Assembly: GCA_951406725.2 (NCBI GenBank) | Contig: OX597833.1 | Location: 8,618,001-8,682,000, forward strand | From: Octopus vulgaris | Lineage: Eukaryota | Direction: 5' to 3' | Length of the DNA stretch: 64,000 bases | Shown: positions 40,446-53,346 of the stretch, in pieces | How the letters are laid out: each line of letters starts with the position of its first letter | How positions within the stretch are numbered: the stretch's first letter is position 1 | Made by a program: the position numbers and the translations under genes | Notes under the pieces: generated by a model | Told to the model about the DNA's origin: nothing | The model's database searches: none | What the model saw: only the letters and a program-made list of their open reading frames with translations

Positions 40446-41165
40446 CTGGAGTGGCTGTGTGGTAAGTAGCTTGCTAACCAACCACATGGTTCCGGGTTCA
40501 GTCCCACTGCGTGGCATCTTGGGCAAGTGTCTTCTGCTATAGCCCCAGGCCGACCAATGCCTTGTGAGTGGATTTGGTAGACGGAAACTGAAAGAAGCCT
40601 GTCGTATCATCATCATCATCATCATCATTTAACGTCCGCTTTCCATGCTAACATGGGTTGGACGGTTCAACTGGGGTCTGGGGAGCCCGAAGGCTGCACC
40701 AGGCCAGTCAGATCTGGCAGTGTTTCTACAGCTGGATGCCCTTCCTAATGCCAACCACTCCGAGAGTGTAGTGGGTGATTTTATGTGCCACCGACACAGG
40801 TGCCAGACGAGGCTGGCGAACGGCCACGCTCGGATGGTGTTTTTATGTGCCACCGACACAGGTGCCAGACAAGACTAGCAGACGACCACAGGTGCCAGAC
40901 AAGGCTAGCAGACGACCATATATGTATATATATATATGTATGTGTGTGTGTGTTTGTGTGTCTGTGTTTGTCTCCCTAGCATTGCTTGACAACCAATGCT
41001 GGTGTGTTTACGTCCCCGTAACTTAGTGGTTCAGCAAAAGAGACCGATAGAATAAGTACTGGGCTTACAAAGAATAAGTCCCGAGGTCGATTTGCGCGAT
41101 TAAAGGTGGTGCTCCAGCATGGCCGCAGTCAAATGACTGAAACAAGTAAAAGAGTAAAGAGAGTA
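40446..41165 (+). mobile_element. SINE family A interrupted by an antisense family C copy (40606-40918)
   Basis: A 5' half at 40446-40605, a C copy on the minus strand, then the A 3' half at 40920-41165. Confidence 0.85.
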
Positions 41166-41339
41166 ATATATAAATGAGCGCAAATAGTAACTAAATAAAG
41201 CCCAATCCACAGAGTCTGCACTTCCTCAACAGGAAGTAGAAGGGACATAACCTAAATACTTAAACATTCATTAACTTCCTGTTTTATTTCTTATCAACAT
41301 TTTCAATGACTTTCACCTGAATCCTCTTTATTTGAAAAA

Positions 41340-41757
41340 TAAATATGTTGTTGGTGCTGTTGTGCAAATACATAGAATCTTTCACCTCGCTTCTTAGTGG
41401 AATGATAACTTCTTCGCTCCTTGAATCTCGTGAACCATCCTTGACTTGCCTTCAACTCTACATCTTTTTCATTTGGATGTTTTTTCTTCAAGTTCTCAAA
41501 CAAAGACAATGCTTTCTCTTGAATGATTTCTTGACTAATAGTAGCAAGCTGACGATTCAACCTAACAATCCAAAGAGAAAGAAAACTTTCCATTCCTTCA
41601 AAGATTTTGCCTCTTGTTGATGACAGTGATCTTCATCCTTGGGGCTTCAGATTTGATTTGTGCTAAAATCTTGTCCTTATTATGTACAATCATCGATACA
41701 GTTGTCCGACTCACCCCAAAAGATTGTGCAATTGCTACCACCTTTTCACCTTTTCAT
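41340..41757 (-). mobile_element. pogo/Tigger transposase N-terminal fragment (HTH-psq plus CENP-B-type HTH)
   Basis: IAQSFGVSRTTVSMIVHNKDKI ... ESFLSLWI...ISQEIIQEKALSLFENLK...KASQGWFTRFKER. Confidence 0.8.
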
Positions 41758-43239
41758 TGGCACTGGCAATTACCTCACTCGAATGTTTTTCACGTGCCAC
41801 CAGCGCAAGTGGCAATAAGGTGAAGCAGGTAATGATCACGCTCGAATGGTGCTTTTTATACTAACTATAGTGAAAAATGTTGAGGAATTCAGACCTGAAG
41901 ATTGGGAGTATGTCGACCTGATTAAGTATTGAAACTAGATACCTCATATCTAATCATTACTGATGTACTTTCATGAAACACGTGTAGTCTTATAAATGGA
42001 AAATACGGGATTCAGAATAGATATAGTTAGTATAAGATTTAATATTTAACATTTTATAGATTGGTCGGGTATAAAATCTTTCAGTGTTGATTGAGTTGAA
42101 GGTGGTTTTGTCTAAGAAACTACTTATATATATATATATATATATATGGGTGGAAGGGCATTCAGCTGTAAAAACCTTGCCAAAAACTGACCTCACCTGT
42201 GCTTCTGCCATGTAAAAAGCACTAGTCCACTCTGCTGAGTGGTTGGTGTTAGGAAGGGCATCCAGCTGTAAAAATCCTGCCAAAACAGTCACAGAAGTCT
42301 GGTGCAGGTTTCTGCCTGGCTGGCCTTTGTGAAACCTTCCCACCCATGCCAGCATGGAAGGCAGACATTAAACGATGATGATGATATGCATGTATACACA
42401 CACGCATTACATGACAGCAGCTTGACTACTATATAGAAGAAAGGAACTTTTGGCCTGTTGCACCCTTCTTGAATCCTATATGTATCCCATCAGGCCATTG
42501 TTCAACACTTGGTGAGGGTGAGGGAGGGAGGGAAGGTCCATGGTCTTTGCAGTTCATTCACCCAAACCTGTCATTAAACAGCAAGGAAGGAAGGACACAT
42601 TGCCTAGTTTAGTCCAAGATACACTATATCTGAATAGAATGGACACAGGTGGAGCATCTTTGATTGACCTGAGACTAAACAACAGTAGGGACTAGTGTGA
42701 AGGGTGGGGGTGATCCTTAAATGCCAGTCTTCCCCTACAGAAGGTGGCCTCCACTCTGACATTTTATCAAAGTTGTTCCAGAAGCTTTTGTAATTAGTGA
42801 GAAATGTCAATAAATCACTGACACACACACTTGCATACACTAACACATATATACACACATGCTAACACACACACACACACACTATTACATACACAGACGC
42901 TAGCACATACACACATTAACACTAACATGCTCACGGTTTACTGTTTGCTTTTTTCACTCACGCATCTACATTAGACCGCATTGCTGATGATGGTGGTGGT
43001 GGTCACACGTCACTAATGACAAATATTTTCTAAATGTTTAATAATAATGTGTATTGTGTCTTAATTTATGCAGTGAGGAATTATCATTATTATTATTATT
43101 ATTATTATTATATGAAAACTCTCAGCTTGTTTTGTTGGGTATGATGGAAAGTGTCATCTGCCCACGGCCAGCAGACTAAGGTGACACTTGTTTACTGGTC
43201 TTGCTTCAAGAACCCTGCAAATAATTCTTGCAGTTCTAA

Positions 43240-43508
43240 GCATCGTTTAACGTCTGTTCTCCATGCTAGCACGGGTTGGACGGTTTGACCGGAGTCTGGA
43301 AAGCCAGGAGGCTGCACCAGTGTTTCTACAGCTGGATGCCCTTCCTTACGCCAACCACTCCGCGAGTGTAGTGGGTGCTTTTTACGTGCCACCGGCACAG
43401 GTGCCAGGGGAGTCTGGCAGTGGCCACGATCGGTTGGTGCTTTTAATGTGCCACCGGCACGGAAGCCAGTCGAGGCGGTGCTGGCATCGGTCAAGCTCGG
43501 ATGGTGCT
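43240..43508 (-). mobile_element. SINE-like family C copy
   Basis: Core plus two head units. Another copy lies at 42147-42385 (+). Confidence 0.85.
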
Positions 43509-44258
43509 TAAAAAAAAAAAACGTAACAAAATAATAGAGACGAGTGTTTTAGTGCTGGTTGTTAGTCACAAGATTTTGGTTTGAAGAAAACTGGAAGATG
43601 GAATCACTGAAATATTATGAGTCTAACAACCACGAGGAAGATACCTAATCTTGATATATCAGAGTATGATAATGACTATGATGATGATGATGATGATGTG
43701 TAAAAAGGTATGTGAAAAAGATCAAAGAGATTATAAGGAGAAGTGGTGAGGTTTATGACAGACAACTTACAGGAGAGACACAATAGAGAGATGGACTCGA
43801 TTTTGCAGCTCACTGAAGCTTGGCACGCCATTAAATTATTATTATTATTATTATTGAATCAGTCATTTATAAAAATGCTCCACAATATATTTGAGCTTGG
43901 GTAGGGATGTGTGTGTGTGTGTTGGAGGGGGTTTCTTTTCATGTGTGTTGGTACGTAGAAAGGCAGGTGTGCTCATGTGTGTGTGTGTACATGTGTGTTT
44001 AATGTGTGTAAGAGGAAGTTATCTACGTGAGAACCTGAAGGAAGGTGTATCCATGCATGAATGTCTGTAGGGAGGAGGGGGATGTGTGTGTGTGAGAGGA
44101 GGGAGAGCAAGTGTGTAGTTATGTGTCAGCTTCTATAAAAACAGGGAAATATGTAAATACACACATACACACACTGACAAACACACACATGCATAAATTA
44201 TACTCAGACACACAAACATACCAAGGTAGAACAGGTAGCTATGGACAGTTTGGTATGA

Positions 44259-44295
<37 letters not shown>

Positions 44296-45262
44296 TGGCT
44301 TGGTTTATATGAAATAGTCACATATTTATACACACACACACACACACACACACTTGTCTCTCATCACGGGGTTTCTGAAAGTTGATGTAAATTATATTTC
44401 TGTTGTTCACTCATTCCAGCCAATGTCAAGTCCCTAATTCCCTGTGTCCCCTAACAGGACACTGCCTCTTCCCTTTCCCCCAACTGTTGTGTTGAAGACT
44501 TAGCAGAAACAGAAGATATTTGGGCTCTAAACAATTACTAAACCCCTGTTTAAGGCTACCCTAACTCCACCTAGTTTACACCCTCCACACACGCATTATC
44601 AAATCCTTCCATCTTAAGAATAACGAAAGTCACTTTGGTTCGTGTAGTCCTAGATATACTTGTCTCCTGTTAAGCTGTGTCCTCTCTTTGTGTTGTCTAA
44701 CCACTACTACAATGGTCTCTGCTCTTCTGAATCTGTTGCCTGTTGACCTAAGAGGAGGGACATTGCCCATAACAATTGAAGATATTCCTAGATTGGTGTG
44801 GTGGTGTTCAGCTTGGCCAGCAGTTAAGATATGGTCAGCGAAGGTAGTGGTCAGTGGCTGTGGCTTTTGTTATTTAACCCAAGGTCAGTCCTGATCCAAC
44901 ACACCTTACAATCAAAGCTGTTCCAGCTATGACCTCCTCTTTATTTGGGCTAAGTCTACCTAGGACTACATTATCTGATGTGTTTTTCTTGCTGTTTAGC
45001 CTCAGCTCAATCCTGATCTCACAGACTTATGATCTAAGATGTTCCAGCCTATCTTTTATCTAAGCACAGTGTACCTAGGACTACATTATGTAATGTGTCT
45101 TTCTTTTCCAGTGATGGCAGTTTATAATTCATAGGGGCCTAAGAATCCACATAACAGTTCCCTTGATGGGTTGTTGTTGGTGCTGGGGCGATGGTAATAC
45201 TGTGATCATCATAATAAGATTAAGGGGATGACTAATTGTGTGTGTGTGTATACATGTGTGTC

Positions 45263-45304
<42 letters not shown>

Positions 45305-45577
45305 CTGTGAGCCTAATGTGTCTCCGCTCCTCCCTGCTACCAAGTCCTGTCTTTCACAGCACTTCAGCTGGTCAACCAGCTGTGATGACCCCATTTCAAC
45401 AGACTTTACACTTCTTAAGAACAGCAACAACAACAACAATAATAGTAATAATAAAATTAATTATAGCAAGAGTTGTAATAATAATAACGACATCCTTATG
45501 TTTTACAATTGGCTCTCATCAACCTGCTGCTGTACACACACACCCACAAACACAATCACATCACGGGTGTGTGTGTG

Positions 45578-45923
45578 TGTGGCCGTTGCCAGCACCGCCC
45601 CGACTACGTGGCCGTTGCCAGCGCTGCCCCGGCTACGTGGCTGTTGCCAGTGCCACCCCAACTGGCCTCCGTGCAGGTGGCACATAAAAAGCACCATCCG
45701 TCTGTGGCCGTTGCCAGCCTCGCCTGGCCCCCGTGCCGGTGGCACATAAAAAGCACCCACTACACTCACGGAGTGATTGGCGTTAGGAAGGGCATCCAAC
45801 CGTAGAAACATTGCCAGATCAGACTGGAGCCTGGTGCAGCCTTCTGGCTTCCCAGACCCCAGTTGAACCGTCCAACCCCTGCCAGCTGGGAAAGCGGACG
45901 CTAAACGATGATGATGATGATGA
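45578..45923 (+). mobile_element. SINE-like family C copy with extra ~30-bp sub-repeats in the head
   Basis: gtggccgttgccag-type motif three times, then two hairpin units, core and (GAT)n. Confidence 0.85.
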
Positions 45924-48030
45924 TATATATATATATATATATATATGCATGTATGTATGTATATATATATATATATACTTAGTTTTTTAAGCCTCATTCT
46001 TGTTCTATCAGTCACTTTTGCTGAACTGCTGGAATACAGGGATGTAAACATACCAACACCAGGCTAAGCAATGGTAACAAACTCAAAGACACACACACGT
46101 GTTGACCTTTTTTGTATATTTGTGTGTGTTTTTGTGTCTGTGTTTGCCCCCCTCCCCACCATCACGTGACAACCTATGTTGGTGTGTTTATGTCCCTGTA
46201 ACTTAGCAGTTCACCAAAAGTGAACAATAGAACAAGTACTAGGCTTACAAAGAATAAGTCTTGAGGTAGATTTCTTTGACTGAAATCCTTTTAGGACAGT
46301 GTGCTCCAGCATGGCCACACACAAATGACTGAAACGTGTAAAAGAGTTAAAGAATAGATTATACACAAACACAATCACACAAACAGGTTTCTTTTAGTTT
46401 CCATCTACGACATCCATTCAAAAGGTCAGAATGAGGCTAAAATAGAAGACACCTTACTCACGGTGCCACGCAGTGGGAATGAACCCAGAATTATGTGGTT
46501 GGGAAGCAAACTTCTTACCACACAGCCACACATGTATGGTGTGTGTGTGTGTGTGTGTGTGAGATGTTGGTTTGGAGGTGAGGAAGTGTTCAAGGGGGTT
46601 TGGGGTGTGTCAGTCAGGAATGTGGAAGTTGTTGATGTAGGGTTCATGAACAGCAAATGGTTTGGTTTCTGTATTGGCAGCATCAGCACAGGGATGGAGG
46701 GGGGGGGGTCAAATGCATCGGAACCAAGAAATGTTGTGTCTTGAAAGATGATTTTGGAGGAGGGCAAAGTGAGGTGAGTGTCATTGGGTGGAGGCAGAAG
46801 AAATCTGGTCAGAATTATTGGTGATGGTGGGAGGGATTCAGAGGGAGCCAAAATCACCAAATGTGATGAAACGGGTGAATAAGAAGGGGGTGAGTGGAGT
46901 TTGAGCTGAGAAAGGGTCAATAGAGTTGTGGCTCAGGGAGGAATCAGATGTCAGGTTTGTGTGCTAGTATGATGTGTAAGGTTTCAGTTTAGAGAAACCA
47001 GTATGGCTGAGTGCTTAAGAAATTCAATCTGCAACCACAAGGACCCAGGTTCAATCTTACTACATTGCATCTTGGATGAGATTCATTTACCATTGTTGCA
47101 AATTGACCCAAAACTTGAGAGTGAAATTTGATAAAAACTGCATAGAAACGCTTCTGGTTTCAAATCCTGCTGAGGTCAACTTTGCCTTTTGCTCTTTCTG
47201 GGTCAATTAAATAAAGTACCAGTCAAGTCCTGAGTTCAATGGAATTGACTAACCCCCACCCTCTTCAAATTTCAGGCCATCCTACACACAATCATTAAAG
47301 CGTGTATGTGTGTGTGTGTTTACATACACATATTTAACTGTAAAGCTGCATAAGTGGCTCAAGGTCAGAGAGTTTCTTGTGTTGCATTTAGCAAAAAGAG
47401 AGACAGACGGACAGACACTGGGAATGTGAGGTTATGCTAGTATTTCGTCCTGGGTCGTCGTGCTGTGATGTGGGCTGCAAGTCCATTAAAATATTTTTAA
47501 AAAATCTATCTAGTAGCATATTGGCCTTCATGAAGATCTCCCCACAATGATAAAGAAAAGAAAGCTAAGCCAGAATGGCATTTAACAATATCCAGTGGCA
47601 TTGCCAAGACCCTCTTGGAAGGAACTTGGGTAGGGAGAAGAGGGGGGGGGCGAGGAAGAGATGGATGAATTCGTTTGCAGAGATCTGAGACCTGGTACGC
47701 ACCACGGCTGGGACTCATTGAAGTGATTTGTGTACAGTGAGGCACAGTGACACTCCTGTGACTCCATTCGTCGATGGTTCAAGCAGAGGAGTGTGTGTGT
47801 GTGTGTGTGTATCAGCAGCAGTGACCCTGATATGTGGGCAGGAATGTGGTTTGAGATATCTAAAAAAGGGAGGCCTTTGAAAAAAGAAACAGAGATAGGG
47901 ATGTGAGTCCTCCTCACTGGGTTAAGGACACAGTCTCAGCAAGGTGAGGGATGTTCCTTTCACAGAGGATGGAAAAACAAATAAACTCCAAAAACAATTC
48001 CACCAAATTGCAGCCTCACAAGCCTCAATT

Positions 48031-48128
48031 ATGACCCTGGCATTTACAGAATGACCCTGGCATTTACAGAATGACCCTGGCATTTACAGAATGACCCTGG
48101 CATAAAATGACCCTGGCATTTACAGAAT
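48031..48128. repeat. 20-bp tandem repeat (atgaccctggcatttacaga), ~5 copies
   Basis: Directly visible. Confidence 0.9.
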
Positions 48129-48200
48129 GCGAATAAATGACAGAGGAAGAGATTAAAGTTATCTCCTTTACTAGAGAGTTCATAACTTCCTTTAAAACAA

Positions 48201-48585
48201 GGCTGTGTGGTAAGTAGCTTGCTAACCAACCACATGGTTCCGGGTTCAGTCCCACTGCGTGGCACCTTGGGCAAGTGTCTTCTGCTATAGCCCCGGGCCG
48301 ACCAATACCTTGTGAGTGGATTTGGTAGACGGAAAGTGAAAGAAGCCTGTCGTATATATGTATATATATATATGTGTGTGTTTGTCCCCCTAGCATTGCT
48401 TGACAACCGATGCTGGTGTGTTTACGTCCCCGTCACTTAGCTGTTCGGCAAAAGAGAACAATAGAATAAGTACTGGGCTTACAAAGAATAAGTCCTGGGG
48501 TCGATTTGCTCGACTAAAGGCGGCGCTCCAGCATGGCCACAGTCAAAGGACTGAAACAAGTAAAAGAGTAAAAGAGTAAAGAGAG
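48201..48585 (+). mobile_element. SINE family A copy
   Basis: Near-identical to 50031-50433, with (agtaaaag)n tail. Confidence 0.9.
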
Positions 48586-48779
48586 ATGAGTGATTTCATA
48601 TGGGTGGTTTTAGGCAAAATCAACATCTTGGGTGTTGGGTGGATTCATGGCATACAACGTGTTAAGAATCAAACTGAGAAACTTGAAGAACCAAATCAGC
48701 CATTGTAGCCTCCACCCATTGGCCCCCAATTCTACTAAATTTAACCCCTGTTTTCTAAGAACATCATTATTGGGAGCAC

Positions 48780-49095
48780 CCATGGTTAATTGTTTGAATA
48801 TTCACCTCATGATTGCAAGGTCACGAGTTTCATACCCTGGGACACACTGTGTCCTTTAGCAAGACACTTTATTTCATGTTGCTTCCATCCACTCACCTGG
48901 CAAAAATTAGCTGTACCTGTAATTCACAAGGGGCCAGCCTTGTCACATTCTGTGTCACACTGAATCTCCCCAAGAATTACATTAAAGGTATGCATGTCTG
49001 TGGGGTATTCAACCACTTATAAGTTGATTTCATAAGCAGGCTGTTCCACTATTGGATCAACTGGAATCCTCATTATTAGAACCAACAGAATGCCA
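48780..49095 (+). mobile_element. Older SINE family D (tgtgtcctt.agcaagacact motif)
   Basis: Motif shared with about 10190-10310, 26640-26860 and 55820-56060 (-). Confidence 0.55.
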
Positions 49096-49194
49096 GTTGC
49101 ATAATCCATAAACTTCTCCTGGGTCTCTCCCTATCTTCAGACATTTTCACAAAAAAAAATATATATTTTGTATAAATTTTTCTCTCCTCCTCAG

Positions 49195-49410
49195 GAACTG
49201 AATTTTGCTCCACCCACATCAGGGCCCAGACATTTGCCTGCAATAATGGGAGTGTGATGTTCATTGAAAAGTTAAATGCCTTGATGGACAGTGATTGGAA
49301 ATGTCTTCAAGATCTCAAGTTTTATTGCAACAGATACCGAAAGTGCAACATGCCACATTCTTGTCAGAATGCCTCAATAGATGCCAGAATACTTTATGGC
49401 TGCATCCCAG
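49195..49410 (+). CDS. Coding exon 2: Cys-rich, degenerate SUEL/galactose-lectin-like domain
   Basis: Acceptor tttttctctcctcctcag| and donor CAG|gtatgt. 216 nt, phase 1-1, open frame GTEFCSTHIRAQTFACNNGSVMFIEKLNALMDSDWKCLQDLKFYCNRYRKCNMPHSCQNASIDARILYGCIP. Seven Cys with CxxxxxC and a terminal YxC spacing like SUEL. Sequons NGS and NAS. Confidence 0.85.
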
Positions 49411-49491
49411 GTATGTCTCTCTCTCTCTCTCTCTCTCTCTCACTTGTTCCATGTCACTGTCTCTTTATTTTTCTTTCCCTCTCTTTGTCTA

Positions 49492-49533
<42 letters not shown>

Positions 49534-50030
49534 TGCTGTCTCTTTCTCTCACACATTCACTTGTATATCAACACACACACACACACATTCCTCTGAATTC
49601 GAAGACTGTTGTACATCCTGTAGTTTTGAAAACTGTGGATGTCAAGAATACAACAATTTCTAAGTGCCATATGCTTGGCAGGTTAGGCACAGGATTCTTT
49701 AATATTCATGACATTTAAATCCCAATGAAATCAGCTCTGATCTTCACCATTCCAGGTTCAAACCCACTGCACAATGCCTTTAGCTAATGTCTTCTGCAGC
49801 CATAGGTTGACTCTCATCGTTGGAATTGGTAGACGGAAACCATTGCATGCAGACGTGTGTGTGTGTATGTGTGTGCGTGGGAAACGTTTCTGAGGATGCA
49901 CTTAACAGCTCCTCTGTTATTTATGTTGGCTGCAGGCTAATGATTCCAATTTGCAACAGCAGGTTTATGGCATTGTTCCGATCTGTGCCAATTTAATGCA
50001 AGATAAATATAGTAATAACAAGCAGAGATA

Positions 50031-50433
50031 GGCGCAGGAGTGGCTGTGTGGTAAGTAGCTTGCTAACCAACCACATGGTTCCGGGTTCAGTCCCACTGCG
50101 TGGCACCTTGGGCAAGTGTCTTCTACTATAGCCTCGGGCCGACCAATGCCTTGTGAGTGGATTTGGTAGACGGAAACTGAAAGAAGCCCGTCGTATATAT
50201 GTATATATATATATGTGCGTGTATGTTTGTGTCTGTGTTTGTCCCCCTAGCATTGCTTGACAACCGATGCTGGTGTGTTTACGTCCCCGTTACTTAGCGG
50301 TTCAGCAAAAAGAGACCGATAGAATAAGTACTGGGCTTACAAAGAATAAGTCCCGGGGTCGAATTGCTCGATTAAAGGCGGTGCTCCAGCATGGCCGCAG
50401 TCAAAATGACTGAAACAAGAAAAAAAAAAAAAA
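50031..50433 (+). mobile_element. SINE family A, full-length young copy
   Basis: ggcgcaggagtggctgtgtggtaag head with A-box and B-box (ggttcagtccc), ccttgggcaagtg motif and A-rich end. Resembles described octopus tRNA-SINEs (family name not confirmed). Confidence 0.9.
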
Positions 50434-50475
50434 TACCCAGCATTTCTCAGGGTTAAAATGGCAGTTGTTTTGTTG

Positions 50476-50725
50476 TTTTACTTGTTTCAGTCATGTGACT
50501 GCAACCACGCTGGAGCACCATCTTTAGTCAAACAAATCGACCCCCGGGATTCATTCTTTGTAAGCCTAGTAATGAACCGTTAAATTATGGGGATGTAAAC
50601 ACACCAACATCGGTTGTCAAGCGATAGTGCGGGTACAAACACACACACATAAATCTACACATATATACAACAGTTTTCTTTCAGTTTCTGTGTACGAAAT
50701 CCACTCACAAGGCTTTGGTCAGCCT
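50476..50725 (-). mobile_element. SINE family A, antisense partial copy
   Basis: Tail-to-tail with 50031-50433. Confidence 0.8.
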
Positions 50726-50727
50726 GT

Positions 50728-51131
50728 ATCATCATCATCATCATCGTTAAACGTCCGTTTTCCATGCTAGCATGGGTTGGACGGTTTTGACTGAGGGCTG
50801 GCAACCAGATGGCTGCACCAGGCTCCTGTCTTGATCTGGCATAGTTTCTACAGCTGGATGCACTTCCTAACGCCAACCACTCCGAGAGTGTAGTGCGTGC
50901 TTTTTACATGCCCAGTCAGGCAGTACTGGCAATGACCTCGCTCGAATCTTTTTACACGTGCCATCAACACAGGTGCCAGTGAAGCAACGTTGGTAACGAT
51001 CACGCTCGAATGGTGCCCTTTTACGGGTATGGAAGCCATTTGGCTGCTCCGGCAACGATCACAACGATCACGCTCGGATGGTGTTCTTGGCACCCTACTA
51101 GTACAGGCATAAGTGCCAGTAAGGCGACGCT
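50728..51131 (-). mobile_element. SINE-like family C copy
   Basis: (CAT)n tail, core and multiple head units. Another copy lies at 56557-56766 (-). Confidence 0.85.
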
Positions 51132-51134
51132 GAT

Positions 51135-51176
<42 letters not shown>

Positions 51177-51594
51177 TATATATATACATATACATATATA
51201 TACGTACATATACATACGTATATACATATATATACATACAATATATATATTGGCCTGCTCTCTTAGCCAGCGGAGTGGCGTCATTTGAAAGGCTAAAAAA
51301 CAATGCGAAACGCATTGTGACCGGCGATGTGTAGCAACATCTGATGGTCTGGTCGGTCACGGTGATAATATATATACATATATATACATACATATATATA
51401 CACATACATATACACATATATACATATACATACATATATATACATACACACAAAAAGGCTAAATGTGTGTTCATTCAGTGTTACTTCAGCCTGTTAGTTC
51501 AGTGGTCACTCACTCTCTCTCTCTCTCTCTCGTTATTACTCCCACTGCCACCATCAACACTATTAATCGTTTGGGTAGTTCTTGAGTTTTAATG

Positions 51595-51636
<42 letters not shown>

Positions 51637-51931
51637 ATTCTCAGTTTTTTATCTACAGATGATAATAATCCATGGATGGAATTTACAACTATTTTAAGGC
51701 TTTGCTATGCATCTTTCCACAATCACATGTTTTTTGTGACCATCACCTGCATTCTTGGGCTGATTACAATACAGTTTGTAATATCCATAGGCATCAGGTG
51801 GGTCTTTGTTCATGGACAGTACAAACTGTACTGTAGCCATCCGAGGAATATGGATTATGGTTGGAAGAAACATGAGGTTTGTGGAAACTCCCATAGCGAC
51901 ACATTGGAATATTTATAAATTCAATTTGTAG

Positions 51932-51969
<38 letters not shown>

Positions 51970-52151
51970 TAAGGTGCTGAGCTGGCAGAATTGTTAGCAA
52001 ACCAGGCGAAATGCTAAGCGGTATTTTCATGTGTTACTTGTCACAATTAACAGAGAGTCAGTGATTTGTTTTAAAATGATGTCATTTTATTTGTTTCTTT
52101 CTATAATTTCCTTTCTTCTTTTAATTTTTTGCTTTTGTTTTCCTTTGGTAG

Positions 52152-52463
52152 ATGTTAAGAATGAAAAAGAACATGAGTGTTCAGACAAGACAAATTCCAG
52201 AGATTTAGAAGACCAAATCTTCCTTGTTACACCACATAATATGGAAACTATTACAAGATGTAATTGGAGGCTGAAGACTCTCACCAATGGAATGTTGATA
52301 CTTTACGTCCTCAATGCCTCTGACGCCAGCCTCTTGGCAATGCATCATCGTAATCATCATGAACAGAAACCGTTATATCGAGCTTTAGTTATCAATGTCA
52401 CAGCAAATGAAGCAATAGACCTAACTATTGATCCTAAGTCACCGACTTGGTTGGTAGCAAAAT
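52152..52463 (+). CDS. Coding exon 3: CUB-like domain
   Basis: Long polypyrimidine tract ending ttggtag| and donor AAAT|gtaagt. 312 nt, phase 1-1. DVKNEKEHECSD...IFLVTPHNMETITRCNWRLKT...LVAK shows the CUB N-terminal C...(S/T)P...CxW pattern followed by beta-strand-like segments. Sequons NAS and NVT. Confidence 0.85.
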
Positions 52464-53312
52464 GTAAGTACCCGGGTACGGTTACTTTGTCCTAATATTT
52501 TGGAAACTGATCGAGTCACTGTTTGCTTCCATAATTAGTCCAATTGAGCAGACATGATGAAGCAGTGACCATCCCCTCTTTCAAGGACTAGTCCATATAG
52601 GAATACATTATCTAATGTAACCTAGGTGGTGGGTGCTCATCGGGAACATTGTCTGCTTATATCAAGGGTCCCTCACTGCATGTTTAGAGGTGTTGGGACT
52701 TCTTAGAAATGAAATATTTGAACCAGTTGTGACTTTTATAGTTGAAACCTGTTTTCAAAAGAAATCTTTGTTGGGATTACAATGTAAGAAAGGAGGACAT
52801 TCTGTTATCAGTGAATAGAAGCAGGACTGATGATGTAGCAAGGTCCAATAGAATTCCATTCTAGAAGCCCTCACCTTCTTTAGTAATTTAATGTAGAGAG
52901 CCACAAGTCAACACAAATGTTTATATATAGGAGGACATTGTCCTATGAGGTGGACCCTATTTGAGCTGGAACAGACCAAACATGTTCCAGCCATGACTAT
53001 TTAATTTTTTCCCCTTTTTGTACATCAAGAACAACATTGTCTCAAGTCCTTCTTGTTTTCAGACAGTAAGAGAATTTAGTTGTTATCTCTAGCAAATCAA
53101 ATGACAGCATAGAGACTTACTTGTTTAAGATGCAGGGAAGTCAGAGAGTGATGTTAGGGTTAGGGTTATACAGAAGGTGGGATGGAGTGGCTTTAGGTGG
53201 CTGTGGAGTACCAACAGAGGGGGTTGTGTTGGTTGAATTGCTGACTGTTCAGCCCTAGGTCATTTCTTATCCAGCAGAAACAAGATCAAAAATGTAGATT
53301 CTCAATTTCATG

Positions 53313-53346
<34 letters not shown>

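Noticed and set aside
50031-50105. tRNA-like sequence with A and B boxes
   Set aside because: It is the head of a multi-copy SINE, not a tRNA gene.
50848-51474. Longest ORF in the track (208 aa) and similar YIYI/CVCV/HTHT ORFs throughout
   Set aside because: These are translations of (TA)n/(CA)n microsatellites and SINE bodies, not genes.
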